Part shown: piece by piece, positions 62,591 to 64,000 of the stretch
How positions within the stretch are numbered: position 1 is the stretch's first letter
Layout: the number at the start of each line of letters is the position of its first letter
Notes under the pieces: generated by a model
The model's database searches: none
What the model was told of the DNA's origin: nothing
What the model saw: only the letters and a program-made list of their open reading frames with translations
Virus record (IMG/VR): IMGVR_UViG_3300029454_000001
Coordinates: 14,344-78,343 of that record
Reading direction: 5' to 3' (one strand)
Length of the DNA: 64,000 nt
Origin: a virus
Position numbers and translations under genes: made by a program

Positions 62591-63197
62591 TCTCCAATTT
62601 CTCCATTTCTTTTACGGAAATCTCATATACACTTTCCGTTTCTTCCCCATTAACATAAACATCACGGCTCATTAACCTGCCAGTTACTTTAATGTAATCA
62701 TTTCTTTTAACCTCTACCGCCAGATCAGCACCTTTTCCCCATAAAGTACAGCGAATAAAATCCGCTCTTTCTGAATACTCTCTTGGAATTGCTACAAAAA
62801 GATTTGAAACTTTTCTGTGCGTTACTGATGTAAGTTTTGCATATGGCTCTTTCGTGCAACTTCTGGCAATAAACTCTACTTTGTTTATATCGCCATCTGG
62901 AACCTGTTCATCCAGGATTTCCACCTCGTCAGCTGCGATATAATTAACATTGTGGTGCTTATTTGGATTTTTAGAAGTGTCCATGCTTCTGATTGCTCCT
63001 GTTACCACAACTTCTTTTCCGTTATAATCATTGTCACGCACAACGGAATCTTCTATAACTATTAGAAACATATCTACTGCACCGCTTTTACGAATGACTG
63101 TCAGCATGAATTTGTAATAGTATCTTCCGTAATGTTCGTGGCTAAATACTATTTCCCCGGCTCTGCCGGATAATTTTACTTTATTTAATCTTTGCAT
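62580..63197 (-). CDS. double OB-fold SSB-like protein (paralogue 1)
   Basis: NKVKLSGRAGEIVFSH..VVVTGAIRS and ADFIRCTLWGKGADLAVEVKRNDYIKVTGRLMSRDV. Confidence 0.5.
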   Translation of the reverse strand: MQRLNKVKLSGRAGEIVFSHEHYGRYYYKFMLTVIRKSGAVDMFLIVIEDSVVRDNDYNGKEVVVTGAIRSMDTSKNPNKHHNVNYIAADEVEILDEQVPDGDINKVEFIARSCTKEPYAKLTSVTHRKVSNLFVAIPREYSERADFIRCTLWGKGADLAVEVKRNDYIKVTGRLMSRDVYVNGEETESVYEISVKEMEKLENEE

Positions 63198-63374
63198 TTA
63201 CTTTTCCTCCATTTCTAATATAATAGGAAGAAACACCATTAAGAATAAGACTGTTGATACGAAGAACACCCCGATAACATCAAATGATGTAAGCATCCAT
63301 GTGATTGAGAAGATTACTGTAAACATCCCTATCCCTACAAATATTTCTCCTATTGTCTTTACCACCTCTTTCAT
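63198..63374 (-). CDS. small two-TM protein (58 aa)
   Basis: MKEVVKTIGEIFVGIGMFTVIFSITWMLTSFDVIGVFFVSTVLFLMVFLPIILEMEEK; its stop abuts the next ATG. Confidence 0.45.
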   Translation of the reverse strand: MKEVVKTIGEIFVGIGMFTVIFSITWMLTSFDVIGVFFVSTVLFLMVFLPIILEMEEK

Positions 63375-63381
63375 TTTGCCC

Positions 63382-63513
63382 TCACTTTCTTCTGGAAGTT
63401 ACTACAAGCGCAGTTGCCAGAATAGCGATAATTATATTTCTTGCCATCAGCTTTTCTTCCAGATCAGCAATGATTTCACTGGAAAGTGGCTGATTTTCGC
63501 CATTTTTTTGCAT
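63382..63513 (-). CDS. small single-TM protein (43 aa)
   Basis: SD AGGAGGA; ...NIIIAILATALVVTS. Confidence 0.4.
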   Translation of the reverse strand: MQKNGENQPLSSEIIADLEEKLMARNIIIAILATALVVTSRRK

Positions 63514-63641
63514 AAAAAGTCCTCCTGTTATATTTTTGTTTGTCAAATACAGGAGGTTGTGTTATAATAATCCTGTATTTAACTAACTCATTCTTAGTTA
63601 GATACCGTCCTGGTTGGTGTGACCGCACCTTCCAGGGCAAC

Positions 63642-64000
63642 TTAATCTGCTTCTACAAATTTTCCATCTTTCAGCGTATAGAAAGTATCTTCCTTGATAT
63701 TTTCCCCATCTACTTTTGCGGACTTAACGTCTACAATATGATATTCATTATCAATTTCTTTCCACTCTGCTAAAACAATAAAACATCCAATTTTTCCTTT
63801 AGCTTTTGAATCAATTCCTGTAGCTAATGCAATACTTTCTTTTCCTTCTACAATTGCCGCTGACCGATATCCGGTATTGGTTGCCGCTGACTGATTTCCG
63901 GTATTGGTTGCCGCTGACTGATCTCCGGTATTGGTTGCCGCTGACTGATATCCGGTATTGGTTGCCGCTGACCGATATCCGGTATTGGTTGCCGCTGACT
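63642..64000 (-). CDS. 3' part of a gene encoding 9-aa tandem repeats (SAATNTGxx) plus a C-terminal domain; the 5' part lies outside the window
   Basis: Open minus-strand frame from the window edge to TAA 63644-63642; the repeats resemble YadA-head/Hep_Hag-like fibre repeats. Confidence 0.55.
   Translation of the reverse strand, partial: SAATNTGYRSAATNTGYQSAATNTGDQSAATNTGNQSAATNTGYRSAAIVEGKESIALATGIDSKAKGKIGCFIVLAEWKEIDNEYHIVDVKSAKVDGENIKEDTFYTLKDGKFVEAD
63855..64000 (-). repeat. 27-nt in-frame tandem repeat, at least 5.4 copies, running off the window
   Basis: TGCCGCTGAC[CT]GAT[ATC]TCCGGTATTGGT with units starting at 63855, 63882, 63909, 63936, 63963 and 63990. Confidence 0.9.

Noticed and set aside
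63855-64000. Possible CRISPR array because of regularly spaced identical 27-nt units
   Set aside because: The units are contiguous with no spacers, sit in an open reading frame (9-aa repeats), and no cas genes are present.
1-64000. Genome-wide stop-codon reassignment (TGA=Trp or TAG=Gln), prompted by the in-frame TGA at 51216-51218
   Set aside because: The tape measure (1563 aa), terL, portal, capsid, ATPase and recombinase genes are all intact under the standard code. No suppressor tRNA (UCA, CUA or UUA anticodon) is present among the tRNAs. The TGA is therefore kept as a single-gene observation only.

Overview
AT-rich, densely packed genome segment of a temperate siphovirus-type phage. The signals look Firmicutes/Clostridia-like: AGGAGG ribosome-binding sites (SD), TTGACA/TATAAT promoters, XhlA, an Ltp-type protein and a large serine recombinase. 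Nearly all genes are on the minus strand, so transcription runs right to left.

Gene order from right to left:
- 63.2->43.7 kb, early replication/recombination module: two double-OB proteins, an SbcC-like ATPase, a RecT-like protein, an MBL hydrolase, SSB, GIY-YIG and HNH-type endonucleases, a PAPS-reductase-like gene with an in-frame TGA, DUF4317, a replisome organizer and a G39P-like loader.
- 43.65->41.25 kb: large serine recombinase plus a DUF4417-like gene.
- 40.2-41.25 kb: 1 kb of non-coding, repeat-rich DNA.
- 37.5-40.2 kb: a short plus-strand operon and an XRE switch region with candidate sRNAs.
- 37.47 kb: a terS-like gene.
- 31.2-34.3 kb, an RNA island: 3 canonical tRNAs, 1 anomalous tRNA, 3 tRNA-like RNAs and long structured spacers. 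It surrounds a Ro60-like vWA (DUF2828-type) gene and lies near a minimal RNA-ligase-like gene.
- 27.7->21.2 kb: terL, portal, scaffold, decoration, capsid and connector genes.
- 21.1->14.9 kb, a foreign-looking insert of about 6 kb: XhlA, a sigma-region-4 protein, a self-contained promoter/terminator unit of low-complexity Cys/Gly/Gln-rich proteins, an HExxH peptidase and a beta-helix fibre.
- 14.8->6.9 kb: neck genes, a holin-like gene, major tail protein, G/GT chaperones and tape measure.

The late operon ends at a strong terminator directly after the tape measure. No distal-tail, baseplate or endolysin gene is recognisable in the window. The last 6.8->1.7 kb is accessory: Rha, HNH, a second replication-organizer-like protein and an Ltp-type exclusion protein.

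No CRISPR array, rRNA or transposase was seen. Coordinates of features absent from the ORF track were derived by hand and may be off by 1-2 nt. All family names come from motif recognition, not from searches.
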